A DNA stretch of 64,000 nt from an uncultured Candidatus Micrarchaeota archaeon (GTDB taxonomy: Archaea; Micrarchaeota; Micrarchaeia; Burarchaeales; Fermentimicrarchaeaceae), in the NCBI GenBank assembly GCA_963760615.1, contig CAVXDX010000012.1, positions 1 to 64,000 on the forward strand. Reading direction: 5' to 3'. A program made the position numbers and the translations under genes. Numbering within the stretch: the first letter of the stretch is position 1; each line of letters begins with the position of its first letter. The notes under the pieces were generated by a model. It had not been told where the DNA came from. It worked only from the letters and a program-made list of their open reading frames with translations, and searched no databases. Below, in pieces: positions 47,902 to 57,680 of the stretch.

Positions 47902-48549
47902 TCACCACTCATTATACTCAGTATCATTGAACTCATAAACAATTTTGTTCTCCTCATCCTTCTCCGTTGATATCTGGGCTTCCAGAATCTCCTTGCTGCC
48001 TGCAAGGTTTATGTCATGCACCGGGTCAAAGAGGTAATACCTGCTGCCGAAGCTGAACATGACGAAGGCGTGCTTCAAGCCTCCCTTCGTCTCCACAACC
48101 ACCTTTGCGCTTCTATTGCCGAGAGCTATGAGCAAGGAACACAGCAGTATTGCCTTGTCCATCTCGTCAGCTGCACTCAGCTCGAGTATGTCCCTCGGGC
48201 TGAGCCAGAACTCTATGTTGACGTGCTCATTCTTAATCTCATCCTTCACAAACTCGAAAGACTTCTGGGAAGCAGCGAGGAAATCCCTCTCATAATCATA
48301 GGGCTTGAACTCCCTCGTCAGCTTGTCCCTCAGCTCTATAACCGCAGAGCTCTGCGGCTTCACCAGGCTTCTCAGCTCAGGGATGGATTTGCTCTCCCCT
48401 GCTTCTATGAGCTCCCTGTAGCGCTCTATTATCTTCTTGTAGATTAGTTCGCGCCTCTTCAAAACCTCGAGCTCAGATTCGCATTCTTTGGCCGCCTCAT
48501 CAGGCTCTGGCTTGGGCTCTGGCGCCTCCCTCTTCCTGAGGAATGGGAT
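47902..48549 (-). CDS. Transglutaminase-like (Cys-His-Asp) domain protein
   Basis: EFWLSP....AADEMDKAILLCSLL, HAFV, DP; frame open to ATC at 48549. Confidence 0.6.
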   Translation of the reverse strand: MPFLRKREAPEPKPEPDEAAKECESELEVLKRRELIYKKIIERYRELIEAGESKSIPELRSLVKPQSSAVIELRDKLTREFKPYDYERDFLAASQKSFEFVKDEIKNEHVNIEFWLSPRDILELSAADEMDKAILLCSLLIALGNRSAKVVVETKGGLKHAFVMFSFGSRYYLFDPVHDINLAGSKEILEAQISTEKDEENKIVYEFNDTEYNEW

Positions 48550-48631
48550 GATGTTGGCGGCAAATATTATTATATATACCCACTATGTATCTACTTATGA
48601 CGAATTGTTAATAAATGGTTAAGGTGATTTA

Positions 48632-49930
48632 ACGAATATAACTTTTTTTGGCGGTGCTGGTGAGGTCGGAAGGAACTGTATACTGGTTGAGGATGGAAGG
48701 TCAAATCTTCTGCTTGATGCCGGCGTGAAGCTGGGGGAAACTGACGAATACCCGCTCATACGCGATGAAGAGGTAAGGACGCTGCACAGGATAGCAATAA
48801 GCCACACTCACTTGGACCACATGGGCTATCTGCCTTACATGTACGCAAGGGGGTGCAGGGCGACAGTATACTCGACAAAACCAACTCATGACCTGAGCCA
48901 GCTGCTGCTCGCGGATTACCAGAGGATAAACAGGGGTATGAAGTTCAGCAATAATGACATAATAAAGGCAATGAAGATGTGGAAGATGGTCGAGTACGGG
49001 GAGGTTGTCGGCGAAGGGCTAAAGTTCTCCTTCCACAAATCAGGTCATATACTTGGCAGCTCCATGGTGCTTGTGCAGGGCGACAGCAGACTGCTCTTCA
49101 GCTCTGATGTCAACGATAGGGAGACCAAGCTGCTCGACCCGGCAGAGAGGAACATTGTTGCAGAGAACCTCATAATTGAGAGCACTTACGGGGCTCCTGG
49201 GGATGAGCACCCTACTCTTAAGAACGCATCAAAGATGCTGTGCGACAGCATAAACAGGACAATCAAGAAAGGGGGAAAGGTTATCATACCGAGCTTTGCT
49301 GTGGGGAGGGCGCAGGACATACTTTTCGTCCTTGAGAGCTACATGAGTTCCGGAGTACTAGAGCATGTGCCGATATTTGTTGACGGGATGATACTGAAGG
49401 CAAACAGGATATACAGGCAGAATGTGATATATGCCAGAGATGAGATACAGAAAAGGATACTCATGAGCGATGACGACCCGTTCAAGAGCAAGTTCTTCCA
49501 CACTCCGCACACAAAGGACAGGAGCGATGTGATTGAGAGAGGTAGCGCAATAATTGTATCCACCTCAGGAATGCTTACAGGAGGTCCTGTGCTGCACTAT
49601 ATGGAGAAGCTTGCAGGGGATAGCAGGAATTTGCTCATCTTCGTTGGCTACCAAGCAGAAGGAACTCTGGGGAGGAAGCTGGTTGAGGGGCAGAAGCATA
49701 TGACCATAGACGGCAAGGAAGTTGAGATTAAGATGGGGGTTGAGCAGCTGTCTTTCAGCGCCCACGCGGACTATAAGGGTCTGCTTGACATAGTGAGGAG
49801 CACAAAGAAGCTGAAGAGGGTTTTCGTCATACACGGGGAGGGGGACAAGCCGAGGGAGCTTGGAGAGGCCATAGGGAAGATGGGATATGAGGTTGTTATA
49901 CCCAGGAATGGAGAGAGCTTCAGGATTTAA
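48632..49930 (+). CDS. MBL-fold beta-CASP ribonuclease (aCPSF-like)
   Basis: FFGGAGEVGRNC upstream of track start, SHTHLDH, GHILGS, ESTYG, FAVGRAQ, SGMLTGG, FSAHAD, HGE. Confidence 0.88.
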   Translation, partial: TNITFFGGAGEVGRNCILVEDGRSNLLLDAGVKLGETDEYPLIRDEEVRTLHRIAISHTHLDHMGYLPYMYARGCRATVYSTKPTHDLSQLLLADYQRINRGMKFSNNDIIKAMKMWKMVEYGEVVGEGLKFSFHKSGHILGSSMVLVQGDSRLLFSSDVNDRETKLLDPAERNIVAENLIIESTYGAPGDEHPTLKNASKMLCDSINRTIKKGGKVIIPSFAVGRAQDILFVLESYMSSGVLEHVPIFVDGMILKANRIYRQNVIYARDEIQKRILMSDDDPFKSKFFHTPHTKDRSDVIERGSAIIVSTSGMLTGGPVLHYMEKLAGDSRNLLIFVGYQAEGTLGRKLVEGQKHMTIDGKEVEIKMGVEQLSFSAHADYKGLLDIVRSTKKLKRVFVIHGEGDKPRELGEAIGKMGYEVVIPRNGESFRI

Positions 49931-49961
49931 TATTTAAATTAAGGGATGCAATTCTAATTGT

Positions 49962-51278
49962 ATGGAATCCGCTTTTCTCAAGAGGTGCCAGGAAGTCAGA
50001 AAATGCATAGAGAGCTTCAGCAAGCCCCTTATTGTGCACCACTACGATGCAGATGGAATGGCAGCGGGCGCGCTGGTTGCAAAGGCGCTGAGGAAGAGGG
50101 GAATTATGTATAACATGCTGACTCTGCGCAAGCTGGAAGAGAGAAACGAGATAAAGGAGGCAAAAGAGCTGATTTTTGTCGATTTTGGCGGGGTTGAGGA
50201 GGCGCTGGGGGAGGCGCTGAAGGGGAAGAAAGCTGTCATAATAGACCACCACCCGGGGGGAGAGGGCAGTTTTCTGCAGGCCAACCCGCACCTCTTCGGG
50301 TTTGACGGGGGAAGCGACATAAGCTCAGCAGGCACAGCTTACATGGTGTTTGGAGATGTTGAATTTGTTGATTTGGCTCTTGTTGGCGCTGTCGGGGACA
50401 TGCAGTTCCCCCTGAAAAGCTTGAACAGGGAGATTCTCAGGGAAGGGATAAAGAATGGAATTGCCAGGTGCGATATTGATTTGGGCATCTTCGGGAGGGT
50501 TAGCAGGCCTCTTGTCTGGTTCCTCTCCTACTGCACAGAGCCCTTCCTGCCAGGTCTAACTGGGAATGAAAAGAGCTGCTACAGGTTTCTTAGCGAGGCG
50601 AGCATAGAGTTGAAGCAGGAAAATAGATGGAGGAAGTATTTTGAGCTCAGCATGGAGGAGAGAGTGAGGCTCATCTCGGCTCTTGTTGCCTACCTTTACT
50701 CAAAAGGAATTGGAGAAGTTGCCAGCGAGCTCATTGGGGAGGTTTACATTCTTACAAAACAGCCTGAGGGAAGCGAGCTGAGCGATGCCAAGGAGTACAG
50801 CACTTTACTTAATGCATGCGGGAGGCATGACAGGCCTGACATAGGCATAAGAGTATGCCTTGGGGAGGAGGGGGCTCTGGAGGAGTCCAGAAAACTGCTC
50901 TATGAGCACAGGAGGCAGCTGAGGGAGGGGATGTTCTACGCAATATCCAAGTACGAAAACTACGGGAAATTCTATTTCCTTGATGGGAGAGACCACATAG
51001 AAGACGGCATCATAGGCATAATCGCAGGCATGCTTTACGGCGGGGCTCTTGCCAGCGACAAGCCGATAGTTGGGATTGCAAATGATAGGGGAGGAAAGAT
51101 AAAAATTTCCGCAAGGGCGACCAAAAAGCTTGTTGAGAGAGGGATGAATCTTGGTGAGGCTCTTGGGAATGCATGCAGAGGGATAGGAGCAGGAGGGGGG
51201 CACAACATAGCTGCAGGCGCAACAATAGAAAGCAACAAGCTCAATGAATTTTTAATAAACTTCGCAAAAGAGCTATAG
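49962..51278 (+). CDS. DHH/DHHA1 phosphoesterase (archaeal RecJ-like)
   Basis: HYDADG, DHH, GAVGD, LLNACGR, GGGHNIAAGA. Confidence 0.88.
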   Translation: MESAFLKRCQEVRKCIESFSKPLIVHHYDADGMAAGALVAKALRKRGIMYNMLTLRKLEERNEIKEAKELIFVDFGGVEEALGEALKGKKAVIIDHHPGGEGSFLQANPHLFGFDGGSDISSAGTAYMVFGDVEFVDLALVGAVGDMQFPLKSLNREILREGIKNGIARCDIDLGIFGRVSRPLVWFLSYCTEPFLPGLTGNEKSCYRFLSEASIELKQENRWRKYFELSMEERVRLISALVAYLYSKGIGEVASELIGEVYILTKQPEGSELSDAKEYSTLLNACGRHDRPDIGIRVCLGEEGALEESRKLLYEHRRQLREGMFYAISKYENYGKFYFLDGRDHIEDGIIGIIAGMLYGGALASDKPIVGIANDRGGKIKISARATKKLVERGMNLGEALGNACRGIGAGGGHNIAAGATIESNKLNEFLINFAKEL

Positions 51279-52160
51279 TATTCTACATCCTACTATTTCG
51301 AATAAGGCCATGAGGATGAATTGCGCCACAAGATTGGCTACCATGGGCAGCACGGCAGTTGCACCAAAAAGTTTTAGTACTATGGCGAAGGACAGCATGG
51401 CATTCTTGACGCTGGTTGCAACGAAAAACGTCACTGCTGACTTCTTTCCATACCTCTTACCAAATAGGTAGGCCAGCACACCACCAAAAAGAAGCATGAA
51501 GAAAATTATGACAGTCTGCTGGAGGAACATCTGCTCATTTCCCGCTATGACTCCATAGCTCACACCAATTATGCTTGAAGCGAGGAGGAACATGACAACA
51601 AGCTGGTAATCCTTGTGTGTGTTTATGCTTTCAACCAGTTTTTTGAAGAGTTTTTTTGAAAGTAGAGCTACGAGTATTGGGATTACTATGACTTCTATGA
51701 GAATTGTGAAAATTTTATTATTGTCAATTGAGCCTGAAGCTCCACCCAGCAGGTATACGGTAAGAGGAAGCGTGACTATTGAAAGAAGCGATGCTATGAA
51801 GGATATTGCAACTCCGAGTGCAATATCCCCTCCCAGAAATGATGTGAAGAATGCTGTTGCCGCTGCGCTCGGTGACGCCAGTGCGAAAAGCACCCCTAAG
51901 AAAGTCATGGAGTCTGAAAGCTTGAACGGCAAGGCAAGCAGAGGCATCAAAACAAAGACAAAAAGCAGAAGGACCAGCAGCTGCCTTGGGTTGGCCTTTT
52001 CCAAATCTTTCTTTTCCACCCTCAGCGCAGAGAAAAACATCAGGAGGGCAAGAAGGAAGTTCTGGTAATCCTTCCAAAGCAGTGTAATATTTGGGAACAG
52101 TAGTCCGCATGCTATTGAGAGAAATATTACAATTGAAAATAGGTATCTACTCATCCGCAT
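51273..52160 (-). CDS. Bile acid:sodium symporter family transporter
   Basis: LLMFFSAL, ASPSAAA, SVKN motifs; ~9 TMs. Confidence 0.78.
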   Translation of the reverse strand: MRMSRYLFSIVIFLSIACGLLFPNITLLWKDYQNFLLALLMFFSALRVEKKDLEKANPRQLLVLLLFVFVLMPLLALPFKLSDSMTFLGVLFALASPSAAATAFFTSFLGGDIALGVAISFIASLLSIVTLPLTVYLLGGASGSIDNNKIFTILIEVIVIPILVALLSKKLFKKLVESINTHKDYQLVVMFLLASSIIGVSYGVIAGNEQMFLQQTVIIFFMLLFGGVLAYLFGKRYGKKSAVTFFVATSVKNAMLSFAIVLKLFGATAVLPMVANLVAQFILMALFEIVGCRIL

Positions 52161-52803
52161 CGAACTCGCTCAGCTTCCTCTGCTTCAGCTTGTCAATTGT
52201 TTCCCATTCCTTCCTTATGTACTTGTGAATTTCCGGCCTGTGGAAGTTCTTCTTCAGAAAATCTATCGTCCTGTCATCGGAGCTGTAGCCGCTCCCAAAA
52301 TTGCAGCAGAGCTCCTTCTTTATCTCCTCAATTACTGCATCCCTCTCCACCTTTGCTATGATGGATGCAGCCGAGCATATGGGGTAGTTGAAGTCCGCCT
52401 TGTGCTCGCAGATGAGCTGCTCATCGCCAAGGTGGTATTTCCTTATCCTCGTGCAGAACCTATTGGCAACAGTATCCGGCGAGTCTATGTAAACAACCTC
52501 TGGAGGAGTTTTTAGGAGGGAGAGGGCTTTCCCAAGCTCCATGGCCTCAATTTCATTCAGGCTGTGCTTCTTCATCTCCTCATTCAGCGAGTTTGCGGTC
52601 GTCTTCATAACCACAAACTCTCTGCATAGGGAGGTCATCTTTCCGTAGAGGTGCTCCCTCTTTTTAGGTGTGAGGAGCTTTGAGTCCTTCACGCCAATCT
52701 TCCTGAGCTCCTCCTCCTTCTCCTTTTCGATGGTTGCAAGGCATATGACAAGCGGGCCGAGCACGCACCCCCTGCCAGCCTCGTCTGCCCCTCCTATGAG
52801 TAT
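52147..52803 (-). CDS. rnhB: Ribonuclease HII
   Basis: GADEAGRG.VLGPLV, VKDSK, IDS, HKAD, AASIIAKVERD, GSGY; C-terminal PIP-like QRKLSEF. Confidence 0.95.
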   Translation of the reverse strand: MLIGGADEAGRGCVLGPLVICLATIEKEKEEELRKIGVKDSKLLTPKKREHLYGKMTSLCREFVVMKTTANSLNEEMKKHSLNEIEAMELGKALSLLKTPPEVVYIDSPDTVANRFCTRIRKYHLGDEQLICEHKADFNYPICSAASIIAKVERDAVIEEIKKELCCNFGSGYSSDDRTIDFLKKNFHRPEIHKYIRKEWETIDKLKQRKLSEFDADE

Positions 52804-52850
52804 GGTACCACCTCTTTAAACTAAAGAAACAGAATGAGAAAGGGTAAAAA

Positions 52851-53102
52851 TCAAAGCACTTTCTTGTCAAGTATTATGTGGTCCGAAACAGCGAGCACTG
52901 CAGAGTATGGGATGAGGAGCATTCCCTCCTCTCTCTTCATCTTTCTCACCGTCGGGTTGTCCACATTGGGCTCAACAATCAGCGACTCTATCTTTCCAGT
53001 GACCTCGCTGACGTAGGCATCAACGAATTTCCCTATCTCTTCCCCGTCATTTGTTATCAGCTTCTTGCCAGCCAGCTGTTTCGCAATAACGAATTTTCCC
53101 AT
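52851..53102 (-). CDS. PRC-barrel domain protein
   Basis: L.GKK.IT.DG..IG...D...TG.I..L.VEP..IPYSAV. Confidence 0.85.
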   Translation of the reverse strand: MGKFVIAKQLAGKKLITNDGEEIGKFVDAYVSEVTGKIESLIVEPNVDNPTVRKMKREEGMLLIPYSAVLAVSDHIILDKKVL

Positions 53103-53147
53103 CGATACCACCTTTCAATCTCAAGAGACTTTTATCTTCTAGGTTAT

Positions 53148-53597
53148 TTAAATAGCTTTCGTATAGTCGCGCCAGAAGAGCGGAATTAGACCTGCGATGA
53201 AAGCTAAGGTGACGATTATTCTAACTTGTTTTTCATCGCTAATGCCGAAGTATAACATGCCAAATACAGCTGCCAGCACAATTATGAGCATTATAATCAG
53301 CTCCTTGAAAGGCGGGTGCAAAATATGATGTAGAGGTGTCCCTAGGATATCACGTGTCTTTTCTGCCTCTTCTCTAGATATCTTAGATTCTTTGATTTTT
53401 TTATCAAGTTCATTCCCTCTGTGGTATAAATATGGGAAGACAAGTATTGCTCCGATAAGAAAAGCTACCCAAGGATTAACATTAAAAATAACGGATAGGG
53501 TAAGTGTTATTGCAACGAAAACGAACCCTCCTACATATTGTATTTTTTTAAGCTCTTTCGCAAAACTTTCTATTTTCCTTCTTTCTGCTTGGCTCAA
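53148..53597 (-). CDS. AT-rich membrane hypothetical protein
   Basis: Four hydrophobic segments; TTG start after SD. Confidence 0.5.
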   Translation of the reverse strand: MSQAERRKIESFAKELKKIQYVGGFVFVAITLTLSVIFNVNPWVAFLIGAILVFPYLYHRGNELDKKIKESKISREEAEKTRDILGTPLHHILHPPFKELIIMLIIVLAAVFGMLYFGISDEKQVRIIVTLAFIAGLIPLFWRDYTKAI

Positions 53598-53605
53598 ACA
53601 ACCAC

Positions 53606-54766
53606 CTAGGGCTGCTCCCACTCAATCTCGTAATACTCGTACTTGCTTCCCGGCAGCTCTATCCTCCTCACCCTGTAGTATGTTACAGAGGTTTCCCTAT
53701 CGCTTATTGCAAGAATCAAATCCAACCCCAGCTTCTTTGCACTTTCAATTGCCTCTGCCAGCTCAGCACCGCCAATCTGCTCCTCCTCGCTGAGTGACAA
53801 CATAATAAAGCTAGGGTCATCCTTGCCGGGAACTTCCACCCCTCCATTTTTTCTGTGGTAGAGCAGAAAATCCAGCTTCGCCTTTGCCTTCCTCTTCGCA
53901 CCGGGTATGGCAAGTATGAATGTCTTCCTCACGCTGTGCGCCACCCTTATTGCCCTGGCCCACTCAGAAATTAACATTCTGCTGCTTCTTGGAAATACAT
54001 GTATGACATGCTTGGAGTGCACCCACTCCTCACCAGTCTTAGTTGGAGATGCCTTTGGGAAGTACACTCTGAAATGCGTGCCGAATTTGAAGCCCGTCTT
54101 GAGTATGAAACCCCTCAGCCTCCAGTCCTCGTATACATCATACATGTAGTGCAAATCAGGCCTGCTCTTCTTTGCGTATGCCTTAACCCTCCTCTCGCTT
54201 GAATTTTTCAAATGCAGCCCGCAGTGCTCCAGCATGAAAAGAGTTTCGTAAACATCCAACTTTGAGAGCTTGCCCCTCTGCTCTGCCTTGTAGCTGCCAA
54301 ACTGCCCCAGCCAGTAGTTTTCATACAGTTCCCTTCCAACCTCCTCATCATCAATGATTGTAATCAAATCGTCCGGAAAGAACAATCCTTCAATGCTGTA
54401 TTTCGGGGATGTGAATTTTCCTGAGGGGTATTTCTTTATTGGGCTCTTTCCATAACTCCCCCTTGCCTCTTCAATATTCCTCACCATGAGGCCCCTGTCC
54501 CTCCAGTCTTTATAGGTGAAATACCTTGCCATGAGCTTCTTTGAGTATAAGAAATGCGAGAGGTCATTGAATCTCAGCTCGTTGCCCTTCTCATCATAAC
54601 ATTTGGCATTCCTTATGTCCATGAAGTATAACGCCTCTTCAGGGAAAAGGTAAACAACTCCTTTTCTCATCACTCCATAATGACCGTTCTGCAAAGAGCT
54701 GACAGACTCTGGCTCGCTAACTGTGAGCTCCTTGCTCTGAATGTTGAATGAAATTGTCACTGGCAT
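53606..54766 (-). CDS. endA: tRNA splicing endonuclease (probably three-unit epsilon2 type)
   Basis: YKDWRDRG unit, catalytic unit YEDWRLRG..KTGFKFGTHFRVY..H..RVAHSVRK, C-terminal unit ending VTYY. Confidence 0.9.
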   Translation of the reverse strand: MPVTISFNIQSKELTVSEPESVSSLQNGHYGVMRKGVVYLFPEEALYFMDIRNAKCYDEKGNELRFNDLSHFLYSKKLMARYFTYKDWRDRGLMVRNIEEARGSYGKSPIKKYPSGKFTSPKYSIEGLFFPDDLITIIDDEEVGRELYENYWLGQFGSYKAEQRGKLSKLDVYETLFMLEHCGLHLKNSSERRVKAYAKKSRPDLHYMYDVYEDWRLRGFILKTGFKFGTHFRVYFPKASPTKTGEEWVHSKHVIHVFPRSSRMLISEWARAIRVAHSVRKTFILAIPGAKRKAKAKLDFLLYHRKNGGVEVPGKDDPSFIMLSLSEEEQIGGAELAEAIESAKKLGLDLILAISDRETSVTYYRVRRIELPGSKYEYYEIEWEQP

Positions 54767-54818
54767 CTGTTTCACTGAATATAAATATGTCTATATATAA
54801 ATTTAAATTGGTACCACA

Positions 54819-55790
54819 ATGCCATACATACCTGAAGCTCTTGCAATTCAGCTGAGGAAGCAGCAGTATCATATTGTTGGCAGCCATTCCGCTGTGAAGA
54901 GCTGCAAGTATCTGAAGGAGGGCATACTGGGAAAGAGGCTGTGCTACAAGAACACATTCTACGGGATAGACAGCTGGAGGTGCCTGCAGTGCTCCACCAT
55001 GGTGAGCTGCAACCTCTCCTGCCGCTTCTGCTGGAGGATATCCCCCGAGGATGTGGGGTTAAGCTGGAACGAGATGAGCACTCCTGAATGGGATGCTCCC
55101 GAGCTGCTTGCTGACGGGTTTCTTAAAGAGCAGAGGAGGATAGTCTCAGGTTATAAGGGGAATCCCAAGGTTGACAGGAAGAGGTGGGAGGAGGCGAACA
55201 CGCCTGCCCATGTCGCAATAAGCCTTGTTGGTGAGGTGACGATGTATCCCTTCCTCTCAGAACTCATGGATATATTCCACCAGAAGGGTATGAGTACTTT
55301 CATTGTGACAAACGGCACGCTTCCCGAGAAGCTCAGCAGCCTGAAGACATTGCCGACGCAGCTCTACATGTCCCTTGAGGCACCAGATGAGGAAACATAC
55401 CTCAAGACATGCAGGCCAAAGGTGAAAGACGCCTGGGAAAGCGTGAACAGGACTCTTGAGCTCTTTCCCTCTCTTAAAACAAGAAGAGTTCTAAGGCTCA
55501 CCCTTGTCAGGAGATTGAACATGTTCAAGCCTGAGAAGTATGCAAAGCTCATTCTCAAGTCAGAGCCGGATTATGTTGAGCCCAAGAGCTTTGTTTTTGT
55601 GGGCGGCGCAAGGTATAACAGGGGCTTGGAGCTCGGGGACATGCCGAGCCATGACGATATAAGGGAGTTCGCAAAGAAACTTTCTGAGGAGACGGGCTAC
55701 ATAATATCTGATGAAAGGACTGACAGCAGGGTTGTGCTTCTCTGCAAGGATAAGGGTGCTGAGAAGAAAAGGTTCATTCAGAAGAAGTAG
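54819..55790 (+). CDS. taw1: 4-demethylwyosine synthase (radical SAM)
   Basis: HSAVK.C, CYK..FYGI.S, CNLSCRFCWR, AISLVGE, VTNGT, VEPKS. Confidence 0.93.
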   Translation: MPYIPEALAIQLRKQQYHIVGSHSAVKSCKYLKEGILGKRLCYKNTFYGIDSWRCLQCSTMVSCNLSCRFCWRISPEDVGLSWNEMSTPEWDAPELLADGFLKEQRRIVSGYKGNPKVDRKRWEEANTPAHVAISLVGEVTMYPFLSELMDIFHQKGMSTFIVTNGTLPEKLSSLKTLPTQLYMSLEAPDEETYLKTCRPKVKDAWESVNRTLELFPSLKTRRVLRLTLVRRLNMFKPEKYAKLILKSEPDYVEPKSFVFVGGARYNRGLELGDMPSHDDIREFAKKLSEETGYIISDERTDSRVVLLCKDKGAEKKRFIQKK

Positions 55791-56074
55791 GTATTCCTGT
55801 CCCGCTCCTTTGCTTTCACTTCCAAGACTGCGCTCTTCAGCTCATTCTGGGTTGGAACACCTACAAAGGTTAACCTGCCATTTATCAGTATCGCAGGAGT
55901 TGATTCCAGGCTTAATTCATCTGCCCTTGCCTGCCCCTCCTCTGTGATTATGCTTGACTCATGGACTATGACGGGGAACTTGCATTTTGAAACGAAGGTA
56001 CTGGCAACTCTCAATGCCTTTGGTGAATGAGGGCAGTTTGGAGAGGTTATAACTTCGATGTATATTGGGTCCAT
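55778..56074 (-). CDS. Thioredoxin-fold protein with CPHS motif
   Basis: ITSPNCPHSP, STPAILING..FVGVP. Confidence 0.75.
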   Translation of the reverse strand: MDPIYIEVITSPNCPHSPKALRVASTFVSKCKFPVIVHESSIITEEGQARADELSLESTPAILINGRLTFVGVPTQNELKSAVLEVKAKERDRNTYFF

Positions 56075-56118
56075 GATTATTTTTTGTTGCTCGTTATATA
56101 AAAACCCCTAGTAAAAGG

Positions 56119-56826
56119 TTAGGCGGGTCTGAGAAGCCCAAGTTTTCTCTCACTCCTGAAAATCCTGATTTTTGAATTCGGCTTGACTCCGTGAATGAAC
56201 TGCCCGTCTATGACGAGGTCTGCATTGCCTGCAGTGACGCTCATCTCGCATCTTGCTGAGTCTGGAAGCACCACAGGCTTGAATTCCCTCCTGTGGGGTG
56301 CTATTGGAACAACCTCATATCTCCTTGCCAGCGGGCTGAGCTGCGGCGCACCTGCGGAATATGCATACGCACTTGAACCGGTTGGAGTTGAGAAGAGCAC
56401 CCCGTCTGCCCTGAATTTCCTGCTTCTGCCGCTGAAAGAAAGTGAAACGTCAATGACTCTGTGGTCTCTGCTCCTGATGCATATTTCATTCAGGGCATTT
56501 TCGTAAACTCTGCCAGAAATGCTGCAGCGGAGCATGCTCCTCCACTCAATTCTTGAGCTGCGCAGCACTGCGGAGAGCATCTTCCTCCAGTTCTTGAAGT
56601 TTGACTGGCAGATGAAGCTTCTTTCACTTCCGATTCCAAAAATAGGCTGCGTGTATCTGTCCTTGTTGTACAACATTGTCCCGTCCCCGCCGATGGTTAT
56701 TAGGACGTCCCCTCCTCTTTTTAACTCAACCCCATGCTTCTCAAGGAAGCCCTCAACTTCTTTTTTGAGCTCAACGGCTATTCGTTTATCCGGATTCGGG
56801 GTGACAAAGGCGCTTCTTATCTTCAT
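56119..56826 (-). CDS. nadK: NAD kinase
   Basis: GGDGT, ALNE, ADGVLFSTPTGSSAYAYSAG. Confidence 0.88.
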   Translation of the reverse strand: MKIRSAFVTPNPDKRIAVELKKEVEGFLEKHGVELKRGGDVLITIGGDGTMLYNKDRYTQPIFGIGSERSFICQSNFKNWRKMLSAVLRSSRIEWRSMLRCSISGRVYENALNEICIRSRDHRVIDVSLSFSGRSRKFRADGVLFSTPTGSSAYAYSAGAPQLSPLARRYEVVPIAPHRREFKPVVLPDSARCEMSVTAGNADLVIDGQFIHGVKPNSKIRIFRSERKLGLLRPA

Positions 56827-56830
56827 CCAA

Positions 56831-57229
56831 TCACTGAGATTTTAGTATACTTATTACTATCTCCCTGTCCGACCTCGGCCCATCAAGCTCGCAGAACATT
56901 ATCCTCTGCCATGTGCCAAGTGCAAGCTTACCCTCCTCTATGGGTATTGTCCTCCCGCTCCCGAGCATACCACTGAGCAGGTGGGCGCGTGCATTATTGT
57001 CTATGTGGTCGTGCGAATAATCCATTTGGGGCAGCATTTTTTCAAAAACCTGCTCAAAGTCTCGCTGGAGGTTTGGTTCAAACTCATTTAGGACTATTGC
57101 AACGGTTGCATGGGGCGCATGCACCACGCATGCTCCAAATTTCACACCGCTTTTCTCTACGGCATACTCAATCTGGCTGGTTATGTCGACCAGCTCAATC
57201 TTCTTCTTTGTCGATATGGAAAACCTCAT
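56831..57229 (-). CDS. YjbQ/UPF0047 family protein
   Basis: HATVAI.LNE.E, HDHIDNNARAH, LGTWQ....ELDGPR. Confidence 0.9.
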   Translation of the reverse strand: MRFSISTKKKIELVDITSQIEYAVEKSGVKFGACVVHAPHATVAIVLNEFEPNLQRDFEQVFEKMLPQMDYSHDHIDNNARAHLLSGMLGSGRTIPIEEGKLALGTWQRIMFCELDGPRSDREIVISILKSQ

Positions 57230-57588
57230 TACATCACCCTCATCCTGCAAAGTTCGGCAGTATCATTATCCTGAATAAGCCTGCATACAAGTGAGCTGTT
57301 GACCTTCAGGCCCATCACGACATGCACGCACTGTTCCCTGAGGGAGGTTTCAGCTGCACAGTCCGACTCAGAAAGTGTTGAAATTGCTACTCTCATCACG
57401 CAATACTCCCGCAAGGTGGCATTCTGAACCTCCGCGCACGTTGTGGTATTGCCATCCCTCAAAGCCAGTGTGGAGAAGCAGCTGTCCCTCACACCTGCAT
57501 CCAGGGAATTCTCGCATATGGTGCGCATATCGGTTAGATTGGAGCATCCAAGCAGCAGAATGGACAGCAGAAGGATTTTGAAATTCAT
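57229..57588 (-). CDS. Cys-rich putative lipoprotein
   Basis: Signal ending LLGC; repeated C...RD.C / C...LRE.C units. Confidence 0.6.
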   Translation of the reverse strand: MNFKILLLSILLLGCSNLTDMRTICENSLDAGVRDSCFSTLALRDGNTTTCAEVQNATLREYCVMRVAISTLSESDCAAETSLREQCVHVVMGLKVNSSLVCRLIQDNDTAELCRMRVM

Positions 57589-57680
57589 ATAGAGTATAAT
57601 GCAGCTGAATTATTTAAAGCCTATAGCGCTATTTGGTATTGAGAAGGAGTCCAGATTTTCACTGGCAAGCATGTCACAGG

